Origin: the human T2T-CHM13v2.0 reference genome, Homo sapiens
Assembly (NCBI RefSeq): GCF_009914755.1
Contig: NC_060931.1
DNA: 64,000 nucleotides
Direction: 5' to 3' (one strand)
Positions within the stretch are counted from its first letter, which is position 1. Each line of letters begins with the position of its first letter. A model generated the notes under the pieces. The model made no database searches, had not been told where the DNA came from, and saw nothing but the letters and a program-made list of their open reading frames with translations. Below are positions 29,709 through 43,460 of this stretch, piece after piece. The position numbers and the translations under genes were made by a program.

Positions 29709-32700
29709 TCTTTAACACCCCAAGAGATTACACTAGATCCCAAGCAATGGATCCAAACTAAGATAAAATCTTTGAAATACCAGATGAAGAATTCAGAAAT
29801 TTGATTATTATGCTACTCAAGGAGATACCAGAGAAAGATGAAAACCAACAAAAAGAAATTAAAAAAAAAATTTCCGGAGAGATAGATATCCTAAAGTAAA
29901 ACAAATCAGAACTTCTGGAAATAAAAGATACACTTAGGTAAAAACAAAATGCAGTGGAAAGTGTCAACAATACACTAGAACAAGTAGAAGAAAGAATTTC
30001 AGAGCCTGAAGACAAGGCTTTCAAATTAACCCAATCAGACAAAGATAAAGAAAAAAGAATCAAAAGAAATGAATACTGTCTCCAAGAAATATGGGATTGT
30101 GTAAAATGGCCAAACCTAATAATAATTAGTGTTCCTGATGGAGAAGAGAAGGCTAAATTTAGAAAACTTATTTGAAGGAATAATTGAGGAAAACTTCCCT
30201 AGCCTTACTAGAGATTTAGATATCCAAATACAAGAAGCTCAAAGAACTCTTGAGAAATTCATTGTAAAAATATCATCACCATGGCACATAGTCATTTGGC
30301 TATCTAAGTCAACATGAGGGAAATAATTCTAAGACCTGTGAGATAAAAGCATCAAGTAACCTATAAAGGAAAACCTCTCAGACTAACAATAGACTTCTCA
30401 GCAGAAACCTTACATGTTAGAAGGGATTGGGGTCCTATCTTTAGCCTCCTTAAACAGAATAATTGTCAGCCAAGAATTCTGCATCCAGAAAAACTAAGTT
30501 TCATAGATAAAGGAGAAATATACTTTTTCAGACAAACAAATGCTGAGAGAATTTACCACCACCAAATCAGCATTACAGGAAATGCTAAAAGGAGTTCTAA
30601 ATCTTGAAACAAAAGCTTGATATGCACCAAAATAGAATCCCCTGAAAGCAAAATCTCACAGCACCTATAAAACAATAGCACAGTGAAAAAGAAAACAATA
30701 TATCTATGTAACAACTAGTATGAATACAACAGCACCTCACATTTCAAAATTAATATTGAATGTGAATGGCCTAATTATCCATTTAAAAGATACAGAATGG
30801 CAGAACTGATAGAAAAAAAAAACCATCTAAACATGTGGTGTCTTTAAGAGACTCACCTAATACATAAGGATTCATATAGACTCAAGGTAAAGGGGTGGAA
30901 AAAGATATTCCAACAAATGGAAACCAAAAGCAAGCAGGAGTAGCTATTCTTATACCAGAATAAACAGACTTTAAAGCAACAGCAGTTAAAAAAAAAAAGA
31001 CAAAGAATGACATTGTATAATGATACAAGAATCAGTCCTACAAGATTATAACCCTAAATTTATATGCACCTAACACAGGGCTCCCAGATTTATAAAACAA
31101 TTACTTCTAGATCTCAGAAATGAGATAGCAATATAATAATAGTGGGGGACTTTAATATTCCATGACAGCACTACACAGATCATCAAGACAGAAAGTCAAC
31201 AAAGAAACAACGGACTTAAACTACATTATAGATCAAATGAACTTACCCAATAAATACAGAAGATTCTTTCCAAGAACTGGAGAATGTGCATTCTTCTGAC
31301 CAGCACATGGAACATTCTCCAAGATGGACCATATGATAGGACACAAAACAAGTCTCAGTAAATTTAAGAAAATTGAAATCATATCAACTATTTTCTCAAA
31401 ACACAGTGGAATAAAACTGGAAATCAACTCCAAAAAGAATCCTCAAAACTATACAAATACATGAAAATTAAATAATGTGCTCTTGAATTATTTTGGGGTT
31501 AACAATGAAATCAAGATGGATATTAAAATTGCTTTGAAATGAATGATAATAATGAAACAAGTTATCAAAACCTCTGGGACACAGCGAAAGCAGAAGAGAA
31601 AAATTCACAGCATTAAGTGACTACATCAAAAAGTCTGAAAGAGCACAAACTGACAACCTAATGTCACACCTTGAAGAACTAGAGAAACAAGAACAAACTA
31701 AACCCACAACCAGCAGAAGAAAATAAATAACAGATCAGAGCAAAATTAAATGAAATTGAAACAAAAAGCTGGTTATTTGAAAAGATTAACAAAATTGATA
31801 GATTATTAGCAAAATTTATCAAGAAAAGAAGAGAGAAGATCTAAATAAGCTCAATTAGAAATGAAACTGGAGATACCACAGCTGATACCACAGAAATACA
31901 AAAGATCATTCAAAGATACTATGAACACCTTTATATGCACAAACTAGAAAATCTAGAGGAAATGGATAAATTCCTGGAAACATACAACCTTCCTAGGTTA
32001 AATCAGGAAGAAATAGCAACCCTGAACAGACCAATAACAAGAAGCATGAATCAGTAATGAAAACACTGCCAACAAAAATAGGTCCAGGACGAGATGGTTT
32101 CACAGCTAAATTCTACCAGACATTCAAAAAAGAATTAGTACCAATCCTACTAATCCTATTCCAAAAAATTGAGAAAGAGGAAATCCTCCTTATGTCATTC
32201 TATGAAGCCAGTACCACCCTAATACCAAAACCAGGAAAGGGCAAAACAACAAAAACAACAAAACTATAAGCCAATATCCTTGATTAACATAAACACAAAA
32301 ATTCTCAATACAATACTAGTTAACTGAATCCAACAGCAAATCAAAAAGATAATATACATAATGATCAAGAGGGCTTCATCCCAGTGATGCAGGGATGATT
32401 TAACATAAAGAACTCAATAAATGTGATACATCACATAAACAGAATTAAAAACAAAACCATATAATCATATCAATAGACACAGAAAAATAATTTGGTAAAA
32501 TCCAGCATCCCTTTAAGGCAAAACCCTCAATAAAATAGGCGTAGAAGGAATACACCTCAAAGTAATAAAAGCCATATATGACAAACCCACAGCCAATATC
32601 ATCATGAATGGGGAAGAGTTTAAAGTATCCCTCCTGAGAACTGGAACAAGATGAGGATGCCAGCTTTCACCCCTTCAATGTAATGTACTACTGAAGTCAT

Positions 32701-34505
32701 AACCAGAGTAATCAGGCAAGAGAAAGAAATAAAAGACATCCAAATTGGAAAAGAGGAAGTCAAACTATCACTGTTAATGGATGATATTACTGTATAACTA
32801 GAGAACCCTAAAGATTCATTTAAAAGGCTCCTAAATTTGACAAATGGATTCAGTAAAGTCTCAGGTTACAAAACTAATGTACACCATCAGTAGCACTGCT
32901 ATACACCAGCAATGACCAAGCTGAGAATTAAATCAAGAACTCAATCCATTTTATAGCAGCTGCAAAAAGTATAAAATACTTAGGAATAATTTTACCAACA
33001 AGGTGAAAGATATCTACAAGGAAATCTACAAAACACTACTGAAAGAAATCATAGATGACACAAACAAATGGAAACACATCATACTGTGCTCCCAGATGAG
33101 AAGACTCAATATAGTGAAAATGACCATACCACCCAAAGTAATCTACCAATCCAATGTAATTTTCATAAAAATACCATCATCTTTTTTCACGGAACTACAA
33201 AAAAATCCTAAAATTCATATATGGAACCAAAAAAGAGCTTGTATAGTCAAAACAAAGCAAAAAAACAAATCTGGAGGCATCACATTACCAGACTTCAAAT
33301 TATACTACAAGGCTATAGTTACCAAAGAAACATGATATGGCATAAATATAGGCACTTAGACCAATGGAACAGAAGAGAGAACCCAGAAATAAAGCCAAAT
33401 ACTAACAGTCAACTGATATTAAACACAGCATACAAAACCATAAACTGGGAAAATGACACCCTATTCAATAAATGGTGCTGGGATAATTGGCAAATCACAT
33501 GCAGAAGAATGAAACTGGATCCCCTTCTCTCATCTTATAAAAAAATCAACTCAATATGGATCAAATATTTAAATCTAAGACCTGAAACCACAAAAATTCT
33601 AAAAAATAACATTGGAAAAACTCTTCTGGACGTTGACTTAGGCAAATAATTCGTGACAAAGACCCCATAAGCAAACACAACAAAAACAAAGTAAATAAAT
33701 GGGACCTAATTTGTCTAAAAAAGCTTCTGCATAGCAAAACAAATAATCAGCAGAGTAAACAGACAACTCATAGAGTAGGAGAAAATATTCACAAACTATG
33801 CATCCGACAAAGGACTAGTATCCAGAATCTACAAGAAACTCAAACAAATCAGCAAGAAAAAAATAATAATCCCATCAAAAAGCAGGTAAAGGGCATGAAT
33901 AGACATTTCTCAAAAGAAGATATACAAATGGCCAACAAACATGAAAAAATGCTCAACATCACTAATCATCAGGGAAATGCAAATTAAAACCGCAATGAGA
34001 TACAACCTCACTCCTGTAAGAATGGCCATATAAAAAATAAAAAAAACCAATAGATTTTGGTGTTGGTGTTGTGAAAATGGAACACTTTTACAATGCTGGG
34101 TAGGAATGTAAATTAGTACAATCACTATGGAAAACATTGTGGAGATTCCTTAAAAAACTAAAAGTAGAGCTACCATTTGATCCAGAAATTCCACTACTGA
34201 GTATCTACCCCCAAAAAAGAAGTGATTATGTGAAAAAGACACATGCACACACATATTTATAGCAGCACCATTTGCAATTGCAAAGATGTGGAATCAACCT
34301 AAGCACCCATCAACCAACAAATGGATAAAGAAAATGTGGTATATATACACCAAGGAATACTACTCAGCCATAAAAAGAAAAAACGTAATGTCTTTTGCAG
34401 CAATTTGGATGAAGCTGTAGGCCATTATTCTAAGTAAAGTAACTTAGGAATGGAAAACCAAATATTGTGTGTTCTTATAAGTGGGGGCTAAACTATGAGG
34501 ATGCA

Positions 34506-34551
<46 letters not shown>

Positions 34552-34755
34552 TGATATAATGGACTCTGGGGACTCAGAGGCAGGAAGGAAGTTGGGAATG
34601 AAGTGAGGGATAAAATTCTACATACTGGGTACAGTGTACACTGCTCGGGTGATAGGTGCGTTAAAATCTGAGGATTCACTACTAAAGAACTCATCCATGT
34701 AACCAAAAATCAGCTGTACCCCAAAAACTATTGAAATAAAAACATAAAAATAAAA
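29709..34755 (+). mobile_element. ~5 kb L1PB-like LINE lacking 5'UTR (disrupted ORF1 and ORF2)
   Basis: ORF fragments match L1 ORF1 (LEQVEERISEPEDK, IIEENFPSL) and ORF2 ([33 protein letters not shown]); ORF2 start ~30720; L1PB-type 3'UTR 'gggtacagtgtacactgctcgggtgat'; many stops and frameshifts. Confidence 0.95.
34509..34548. repeat. (CA)~20 microsatellite in the L1 3'UTR
   Basis: Directly visible, uninterrupted. Confidence 0.95.
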
Positions 34756-35734
34756 AGTTTAAAACCATCGTAAATATTTAATTAGATATGTTTCTTTATG
34801 AAAATTATTTTACTTCTGAAAATATTAGGACCTTCTCCACTTCCTTACAACATCATACATGCTTTCAGAACCCTATCAGTGCCTTATTACTGATCTTTGG
34901 TTAAATTTCCCAGCTAATACAATCAGTTGTTTGTTATCTGAATTCCATTTCATGCCTCTGCAGCTATGCACTTGGTAAAGCATTTTTAAACATTTCTCTT
35001 TAGAAATCTCACTTGTAGAAAATTAAACCAATTTGTATGGTATTATCTTTGTATAGAATGCAACTGAATAAACCACTTTGTAACATGCGTTAGTTAAGCA
35101 TCATGACAGTATTTTGCCCACGGTCATTTAGCTTATGACTTCCAAATGTTCAATTCTCTATGGCTCCAATAATAATTCAAATCCTTATTACAAGTTCAGC
35201 TGAGCAGTTTGCCATAATTAATAAAAAGATAATAATAATGATGGCACTTAAGAATGGACAACTGTGTAATTAACTGAATTGTTTACACAAGAGAGATAAA
35301 GATGTTACGTTCATTGGGAAAGTGAAAATAATGGATATCTGTTAGTTATCTTAGAGGTTTTCTAAATGCCTGTAATGTATTTTAAAATTAATAGAGCAAT
35401 ATATAAAATAATTTCAAGCACTTGTATTCAAACTGTTAAATATTAAAAATAATCTAGAAATTTAAGGGTTCTTTTGTATGTTGATATTTGCTTGTTCTGA
35501 ACTAAAATAGCCATACAAACTTTCCGTTTAAAATGATATCTAACTTAGTCTTTGGTATTTTTTTTTCTAATTTCCTACTTGAACACTTTTAGAAATTGGG
35601 TAGGAAAATTATAAACCAGAGCAAGCAAAACTAAGTAGCAGCTGAGTGACAAACTGAACTAATTTTCTATTAGAGCACGATACATTTAACTTAATCACAG
35701 GAAAGAAGTGATGCTGACAAAATCTTAGCCACTG

Positions 35735-35950
35735 AGAAGTGAAACTGTAGTGATAAAAATGTTCTATATCTTTGTTGTTCTGTATCTTTGTTGTATCAAT
35801 ATAAATATCTTGGTTGTGGAATTGAAGTATATAGCAAGATGGTACCTTTGAAGGAATCTAGATAAATAAATGGTGCATGAGATCTTTCTTATTTTTTACA
35901 CCTGCATGTGAATCTCCAATTATATCAATGTTAAAATTTTACTTTAAAAA
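35735..35950 (+). mobile_element. L1MC 3' end fragment
   Basis: 'gtgataaaaatgttctatatc...ctgcatgtgaatctccaatt'. Confidence 0.7.
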
Positions 35951-36096
35951 GCTACATTAATTAAGACAGTAGGTATTTTTTGTTCTAATCAGACCTTGAA
36001 CTGATTGGATGAGACCCACCCACATTAAGACGGGTAATCTGCTTTACTCAAATTCCACCAATTTAAATGTAAATCTTGTTTAAAAACACCCTTACT

Positions 36097-36377
36097 GGCC
36101 AGGCTTGGTGGCTCTCGCCTATAATCTCAGCACTTCTAGGAGGCCGAGGCGAGTGGATCACCTGAGGTCAGGAGTTTGAGACCAGCCTGGCCAATATGGC
36201 GAAACCCCATCTCTACTAAAAATACAAAAATTAGCCAGGCGTGGTGGTGTGTGCCTGTAGTCCCACCTACTGGGGAGGCTGAGACAGAATTGCTTGAACC
36301 TGGGAGGCAGAGGTTGCAGTGAGCCGAGACAAAGCGAGACTCCATCTCAAGAAAAAAAAAAACCTGAAAAACAAACA
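36097..36377 (+). mobile_element. AluS with deletion in the right arm
   Basis: Dimer; 'gagccgagacaaagcgagactcc' lacks the ccactgcactccagcctggg segment. Confidence 0.92.
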
Positions 36378-36392
36378 AAAAACACCCTTAAT

Positions 36393-36556
36393 GGCTGATT
36401 GCAGTGGCTCCTGCCTGTAATCCCAGCATTTTGGAAGGCTGAGGTGGGAAGATTGTTTGAACCTAGGAATTTCAGCTTGCAGTAAGCTATGGTTGCACCA
36501 CTGCACTCTTACTTGGGCAATGGAGTGAGACCCTGTCTCCAAAACAAAACAAAAAC
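36393..36556 (+). mobile_element. Alu monomer (FRAM/FAM-like)
   Basis: Single diverged monomer with 'agctatggttgcaccactgcactc', 'gaccctgtctc' and A-rich tail. Confidence 0.8.
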
Positions 36557-36649
36557 AAACACCCTCACAGAAACATCTAGAGTAATGTTTTACCAAATAT
36601 CTGGGTAAAATGGCCCAGTCAAGTTGACACATAAAATTAACCATCACAG

Positions 36650-39600
36650 TCTATAATGCATTTTGAGTTCATTTTTGTACAAAGTGTGACTTATACCTTA
36701 CGGTTCTCTGCCCCTCATGATTGTCCAATTAGTCCAACATAATTTGTGGAAAGAGCTGTCATTCCAACATTGAACTGCTATCGTACCTTTGTCAAAATCG
36801 GTCAATATATTTATGTGGGTTGCTTGTGAGTTATTTCCTCTGTTCTATTGATCTTTGAGTCTATTCCTATGACAATTTAATTACTGTAGCTATAAAATAA
36901 GTCTCAAAATCACATAGATTCTTCCCACTAAATTTTTATTTTTCAAAAATCATCTTGGCTATTCTAGTAGCTTTGCTTTCCATATAAGTCTTACAATATG
37001 CCTCTGTCTGTCTACAGAACACTTTTTAAATAGATATTGCAATAAACCTAAATACCAACTTGAGGAGATTTTCCATCTCCTTTATATTGGTTCTTCCAAT
37101 CTGTGGACACAGTGGGTCTCTCTGTTTATTTAGACCTTTTATTTCCTTCATCTGCTTTCTGTGATTTTCCACATATAATTCCTGTATATTTTAACAAGTT
37201 TACATGTAAATATTTCATGTTCTTTGGAGTGAATCTAATTTTTAATGGATTTTTAATTTTTGTTTCCAACCGTTCATTACCTGTTCTTTCATTCTCAATC
37301 TTGGTTATTTTTATTCTCTTTTCACTCATGTCAATATTGCTACAAGTCTATGAATTTTAAAAATATATATTCAAAGATCCAGTTTTTTGTTTTATTGGTT
37401 TTTATCTATTCTTTTAGTTTTAGATATCATTGATGTCTGTTCTAATTTTACTTTATCCTTCAATCTACTTACTTTGCAATTTGATTTTTATCTTTTTCTA
37501 GTTTTGCTGAGCTAGCAGTTTGGATGATTTATTCATGATCTTACCACTTTTCTAATGTAAGCGTTTGGAGCTATAAACTTCCTTCTTAGAATTGCTTTAT
37601 CTGGATCTGACGTTTTTTATTATATTTCATTGTCATTCAGTTTTAAGTATTTAAAAAATTTTCCTTAGTGACTTCCTCTTTGATTCACATACTGTTTAGT
37701 TTTCCAAAGATTTTCCTGTTGTCTTTCTGTTATTGATTTATAGTTTGATTCCATTTTGGTCAAAGAACATACCATATATGATTTAGATTGCTTTAAATTT
37801 GGTGAAGTGTGCTTTGTAGCATAGGATATGGTCTTTGCTGGCAAATGTCTGTGAGTGTTTGAAAAATGTATTTTCTGCTGTTTTGGGTTGAATATCCTGC
37901 ATTTGTCAGTTGAATCCTGTTGGTCATTTGTGTTATCCAGTTCTGTACTTCTGCTGATTTTTCGGCCTAGTAGTTCTATTACTTGCTGAGAGTAGGGTGT
38001 CGATATTCCCAACCATAATCCTGGATTTGTTTGTTTCTCCTTTCAGCTCTATTTTTGCCTCATACATTTTGAGGCTGTTTTGTGCGGAGTATATGCATTT
38101 AAGATTGCTATGTCATCCTGTTGGATTGTTTATCATAATCTAACATACCTCTTTGTCTCTAGTAATTTTCTGCACTGTGAAGTCTGCTTTATCTGATACT
38201 AGTTTAGCCACTTTTTTTGGTTAAGATTTGCACAGTGTATATCTTAATCCTTTTACATTTAATCTACCTATGATATTGCTTTTGAAGTTTCTTGTAGATA
38301 CATGGCATGTTGTTAACCATGTTTACTTTTTAAGTCTACTTTACCAAACTACACTGTTTAATTGTTGTATTTTAAACAATTACATGTGATTATTAATATG
38401 TTCATGCTTAACTCTATCATAGTATTAGTTATTTTCTGTTTATTTCCTCTATTTCTTGTTCCTCTGCTTTTATTATCATCCTGTGGGTTATTTGAACTTA
38501 TTTTTAAGGTTAAATCTTAATTTACTTATAGTGTTTTGGGTATATCACTTTCTATAGTTTTCTTAATGGCTACTGCAAGTATTAAATTATTAATACATAA
38601 TGTATTACAGTCCACTGGTATCAGTGTTTTATTATTTTGAGTAAAGTGCAGGTCCACTTAGCCTCTTGACTTTTAAAATGTAATTGTTTTTCCTCTGTAT
38701 ATATTGATTTCACACTAAATGGTATTATAATTTTGCCAAAACCACCAAATATGATTTATGATACCCCTGAGGAAAAAGATAATATGTTGTATGTATTCCC
38801 TTTTTTTTTGTTCCAATGTTCTGTTTTTCTTTCTGAAGTTTCAAGCCTTTTTGTTATCATTTCCTTTTGGTTTGGAGTCCATTTCATCATTATTCTTTGA
38901 AGGTAGATGTGCCAGTAAAACAATTATCCAACTTTTCTTCCTTCTGTGTGTTTTTTCCTCTTCATTGCTAAAGGATATTTTTGTCAGGCATGAAATTCAC
39001 ATTTAACAGTTCTATCCTTTCATTACTTGCGAATGTTTTGCTACTTTCTTTTTGCCTCTACTGTTTCAGACTAGAAATTGCTGTCATTTAAATTGGTGTT
39101 CTATGCTAAATAATGCACCATTTCTTTCTGGCTGCCTTTGAGATATTTTCTTTTTTAAAAAAATGTTCTACAAGTTTAATTATGATGTGGCATGGTATGA
39201 CTTTCTTTAGGATTATCTAATTTAGACTTCACTCAACTTCTTGAGTCTGTAGGTTTATGACTTTATGACAAATTTGAAAAATTTCAGCCACTGTTTCTTT
39301 CAGTACTTTTTCAGTCCCATTCTCTCTTACCTCTCCTGAATATTTGATGATATGAATTTTAGGTCTTCTGTTATTTGCCTATATGTCCCTGTGACTCTGG
39401 TCATTTTCTTTAGATTGGATAATTTTTATTTATCTCTTCTAAATTCATTGATTAGATCCTCCGCCAGATCTCTTCTATATTGAGACCATCCAGTGAGTGC
39501 TTTATTTCAGTCCTTGTATTTTTTAGCCTATAATTTCCATTTGGTTTTTGGCTATAACTTTATTCCTTTCTTGAGACTTTCCAATTATTCATCTGTTTTA

Positions 39601-42300
39601 AGATAATTCATAATTACTTGTCAAAACACTTAAATGATGACTGCTTTAAAATCCTTGTCAGATAATTCCAACGTTTAGTTTATCTTGGTGTTGCCATGTG
39701 TTGACTGTGTTTTCTCAGTCATTTTTTTTATTTTTCTGGTTTTGATATGACCAGTGATTTTCACTTGTATCTTGGAAATTTTGAATCTCATGCTGTAGTA
39801 TGAGATTCTATAACTTGGTTTATATATATAGATATATATAGAGATATATATTTTCTTTTCAGTAGAGAGCACTTTCCTAGTAAGGTGTAATATGAGAGCC
39901 AGGTGTGTGTCTATGCACCATTTACTTCTCACAGGGCCCCACCACCACCACCTTCACTGTGGGCATTGACTTAGACCAACTCTGTCTTCAAATGAGGTTT
40001 GAAAATCAGTTCCTTCCTGGGTCCCAGTGCCAGCAGGGAAGGTAGAAACAAAGGGATGACTCACACTGATTTGTTGTTCTACGCTGGCACTAGAAGCTGG
40101 ACTCTACTGACTCTCAGGGAGTAGAAGTGGGGAAGCCTTGAGTATGGAGTTGCTCCCTCCCACCACCTGGCCTCATTAATGCAAGCTGAAGGGGGCGACT
40201 CAGCTCCTCACTGGCCCTACTTTCAGCAGAGAAAGTTGGAAGCTAAGTGTTGACTACTCCACCTGGTTCAACTCATTCTGCCTGGGTGATGCTAGGTTCG
40301 GTTGGGGACACAGCTTCCTTCTTGGATCTTCTGACATCATTGTTTGAAGGAAAGGACAAGAGCAGTGGTTGCCACTGTTATGTTCTGCTTCCTTCAGTCT
40401 TTTTGCTGTCAGCTGGGTGTGGACCTTCAGGTTCTCCGTGGGACTCAACAGCCATCAGTGGTGGGGCTGGAAGGGGAATTCGAGTGCTTTCTGGCCCTGA
40501 CATGAACCACCTTGTTCAGCCTCAATTACCCACACTGGGAAGATGACATGGCAGTAGAGAGAAAAGGAAATAGTGAAGCCAGGTGATGGTGAATGCAACC
40601 TTGCACCACCTCAGTTAAGTCTTGTTGCTGCTGATTGGAGGTGGAAGCTCAACTTGACACTGGGCTCTGCTGATGCTGTCTTTATGAGATGATCTGAGCA
40701 CCTCCTATGTCTTCTAGGAGAGGGTAGAAAAGCAACTTCCTACTCAGCTCCATAAACACTGCCTCAGGAAAGAAACAGGAGCAACTCCCATTACCATAAT
40801 GTAGGGGATGAGAGATCAGCTCCCTGCCAAGCAGGCTGACAGCAATCAGTGGGCTCTAAGCCCTGCTGCCTGCTTCTTATGCAGAGAGGGCATGGTGGGG
40901 TGGAGTGAAAGGTATGGAGGTAGTCAATTTCCTGCTGGGTCCCAACTAGAAGCTTGTGAGGGCAATGTTTGTTCACTGGTGTTTGACTGAACAAGGGCTG
41001 GTTATCTGTTACCTGTTGTTAGGTCACCCTTTGTCTTAGGGTACAGGCTTTCTTGGAGCCCTTGTCTGTTTCTGTTATAGCTACTGTGTTGCAGGCTTCT
41101 GCGGCACCCTGTTGGACAGGCATGGAAGGAGCACAGACTTTCTCCAAGTTTCGAGGTCCCTAGGCCACGTCAGATGCTCTGCTTGTTTGCTGTGTTATCC
41201 CCAATGTTCGTTGGCAGTAAGGGGACAGCCTAGGAAGAAGGAGTTACTATATCCTGATAGAACTAGATGCCCTAAATGTAGTTTCTAAAATGAATTTGAT
41301 ATCTTATACCTTTTTCTTCTTTCCCAGAGGGTCTTGTTATTGTCCCTTTGATTTTTCCATGTAAGCTTCAGAATGAGCCAGTCAATGGTTTTTTCAAAGT
41401 CATCTATTTGGATTTCATTGATACTTCTTTCATTTAATGTGAGATGAGTATGAAAAGAATTAACATCTTTAATAATGACCGTTTGATATTTTCCTTTCTT
41501 TTCCTCTCTTTCTCTTTTAAAAATTTCCTGCTTTACTTTATTAGTCAAACTTCTGAAACAACACTTAATTAAATTGGTGGTAACAATTATCCTTGTTTAA
41601 ACAGGAAAACTTTCCATCGTTCTTTAATTTTTAAGTACACTCATGTTTAAAATCTACAGTATTGGTTTCTTTTTGTTTGTTTATTTACTGAAAGTGGCAT
41701 TACAGTGATAGCAAGTCTTAGTTTTTGTATGCCCAAAAATGCATTTTCTGTTTCTCAAACATAAAAGTCCTTAGAATTATAATTCCAGCCTTATAAGCTA
41801 TTAATATTTCTGTTTTCTGTAACCATTGCTGTATTTTATTGTAGCCTTAATTTTTCTTGTTTCATATGAAAATACTCTTGTGAATCTGATTCTCGTTTTA
41901 CATGTATTATTTTCTCTCTCTGGTAGTTTTACGAGCTTTCTTTGTATCAGTGACATTTAGAAGTTTCATGAATGTATGCTATTATGATTATTTTTTTCAA
42001 TCACTATATTCATAAGTTAGCACACTCTTTTGTACAAAAGTATCAGGTGTTTCTTCAATCAGTGAAATCATCTTCAGCTAATCATTATCTTTCCATATTT
42101 CTTTTCATTCTTACCAAGCCCTAGCTACACAATATTGCATCGCCTGCCTTTGGTGTTTGCATCCTTCATTTCCTCTGAAGCATTCTGCCTTCCTACTCTT
42201 TTAATCTGAGAAAATAATAAAAGTGGCCTATGTACTATTTTTGATACAGTATTATCTCTTTTGTTCACATTAAAAAATGTCGGAGGTGACTATCTACTCT
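36650..42300 (-). mobile_element. Mosaic of old L1M fragments (ORF2, ORF1, GC-richer 5'UTR-like part ~39900-41280)
   Basis: T-rich reverse L1 motifs ('tagtttgattccattttggtcaaagaacatac', 'tttgaaaaatttcagccactgtttctt'); internal boundaries unresolved. Confidence 0.7.
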
Positions 42301-42669
42301 GATTTTTTTTTTTTTTTTACCATGGTCTATGCAGGCTCATCGTTTCTAATCAGGTTGTTGATTTCTACAGCTCCACTGGTGGCATGCTTTCCTGTGGTAT
42401 CTGCATCTCCCTCCTCACAGTGACACGTAATCCCAGGCATCCAATCTGGTCAGGGACACAGGAGCAAAGCCACAATTCTTCTCTGTATCAGGATTAAAAT
42501 AAACCTAAGGAGGATGGGGGCATGGATTGGGCAGTGGTAGCTGCAGATAGAGAACTGACCCTGCTTCTCTCAACTCCTCAAAATTTCCAAGTTTTAGGTA
42601 TCTCAAAGGGGCTCCTTTCTAATATCAGCTATAGAAAATGTAAACAAATGCATGTGGCTGTGTTCCATT

Positions 42670-43460
42670 AAAACTGACTTACAAGGCAGGCCTCGATGTA
42701 GTTTGTCAACTCAAATGTTAAACAATGAATTAGAGGCCTTACGCAATACAATAAAAAGACAAAACAGAAAAGCCTAAAAACAAATGAATAATTAAATGGT
42801 TTTGCAAATAAAATAATTTTGTGTAGAAAAAAACCCAAGATAATGTACAGAAATAAAAACAATCTGAAAGCAGACATTGAGCTACTGACATTGTTAGCTA
42901 CCAAAGGAGTTAAGTAAGGTTGTTGCGGGCGTAGCGTCAACAAAACTCAATATTCTGTAACCAACAATGATTAATATGGCAACATTAATTAATGCTAAGA
43001 TTCTGAGGAATAAATCAAATAAATGAGGTTAAAGAACACTCTAGAGAAAAGTACAATATATTTAAGGATATAAATGTCACTTAACTAAATGGAGAGGTAC
43101 ATTATGTTCCTTGATAGAAAAACTATATATATATATAAAAGTTAAATTCTTTCCACTAAGGTATTTTTCAATCATAATTTTGAATGCTTTAAAAAACTAT
43201 AATTTTATGAGCCAGTTTGAGTATTTTTGTGGATGAACAAACTCTAGTTAAAAAGTTTTAAAGAAAGCTAAAGAAGAAAAATTTAACCTACCAAGTATCA
43301 AGATGGTAAAAATATAAGAGCATGATTTTGATGAAGAAACAAACAAGTAGAACAATAAAACTATTGAGCTCAGAAACTAGTATCAACATAAGAATTTGAA
43401 ATATGATAGAGAAAAATTTTGCAATATGCAGGAAAATTATGAACTATAAAAAATTACAAC
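42670..43460 (+). mobile_element. Decayed L1ME ORF2 fragment
   Basis: 'taaatggagaggtacattatgttccttgatagaaaaact'. Confidence 0.55.

Larger units (their letters stand above)
35980..36648 (-). mobile_element. MLT2 LTR fragment interrupted by two Alu-family insertions
   Basis: Ends 'ggcccagtcaagttgacacataaaattaaccatcaca', the reverse of the MLT2 start. Confidence 0.85.

Noticed and set aside
29709-34755. Possible active L1
   Set aside because: No 5'UTR promoter; both ORFs are broken by many stops and frameshifts.
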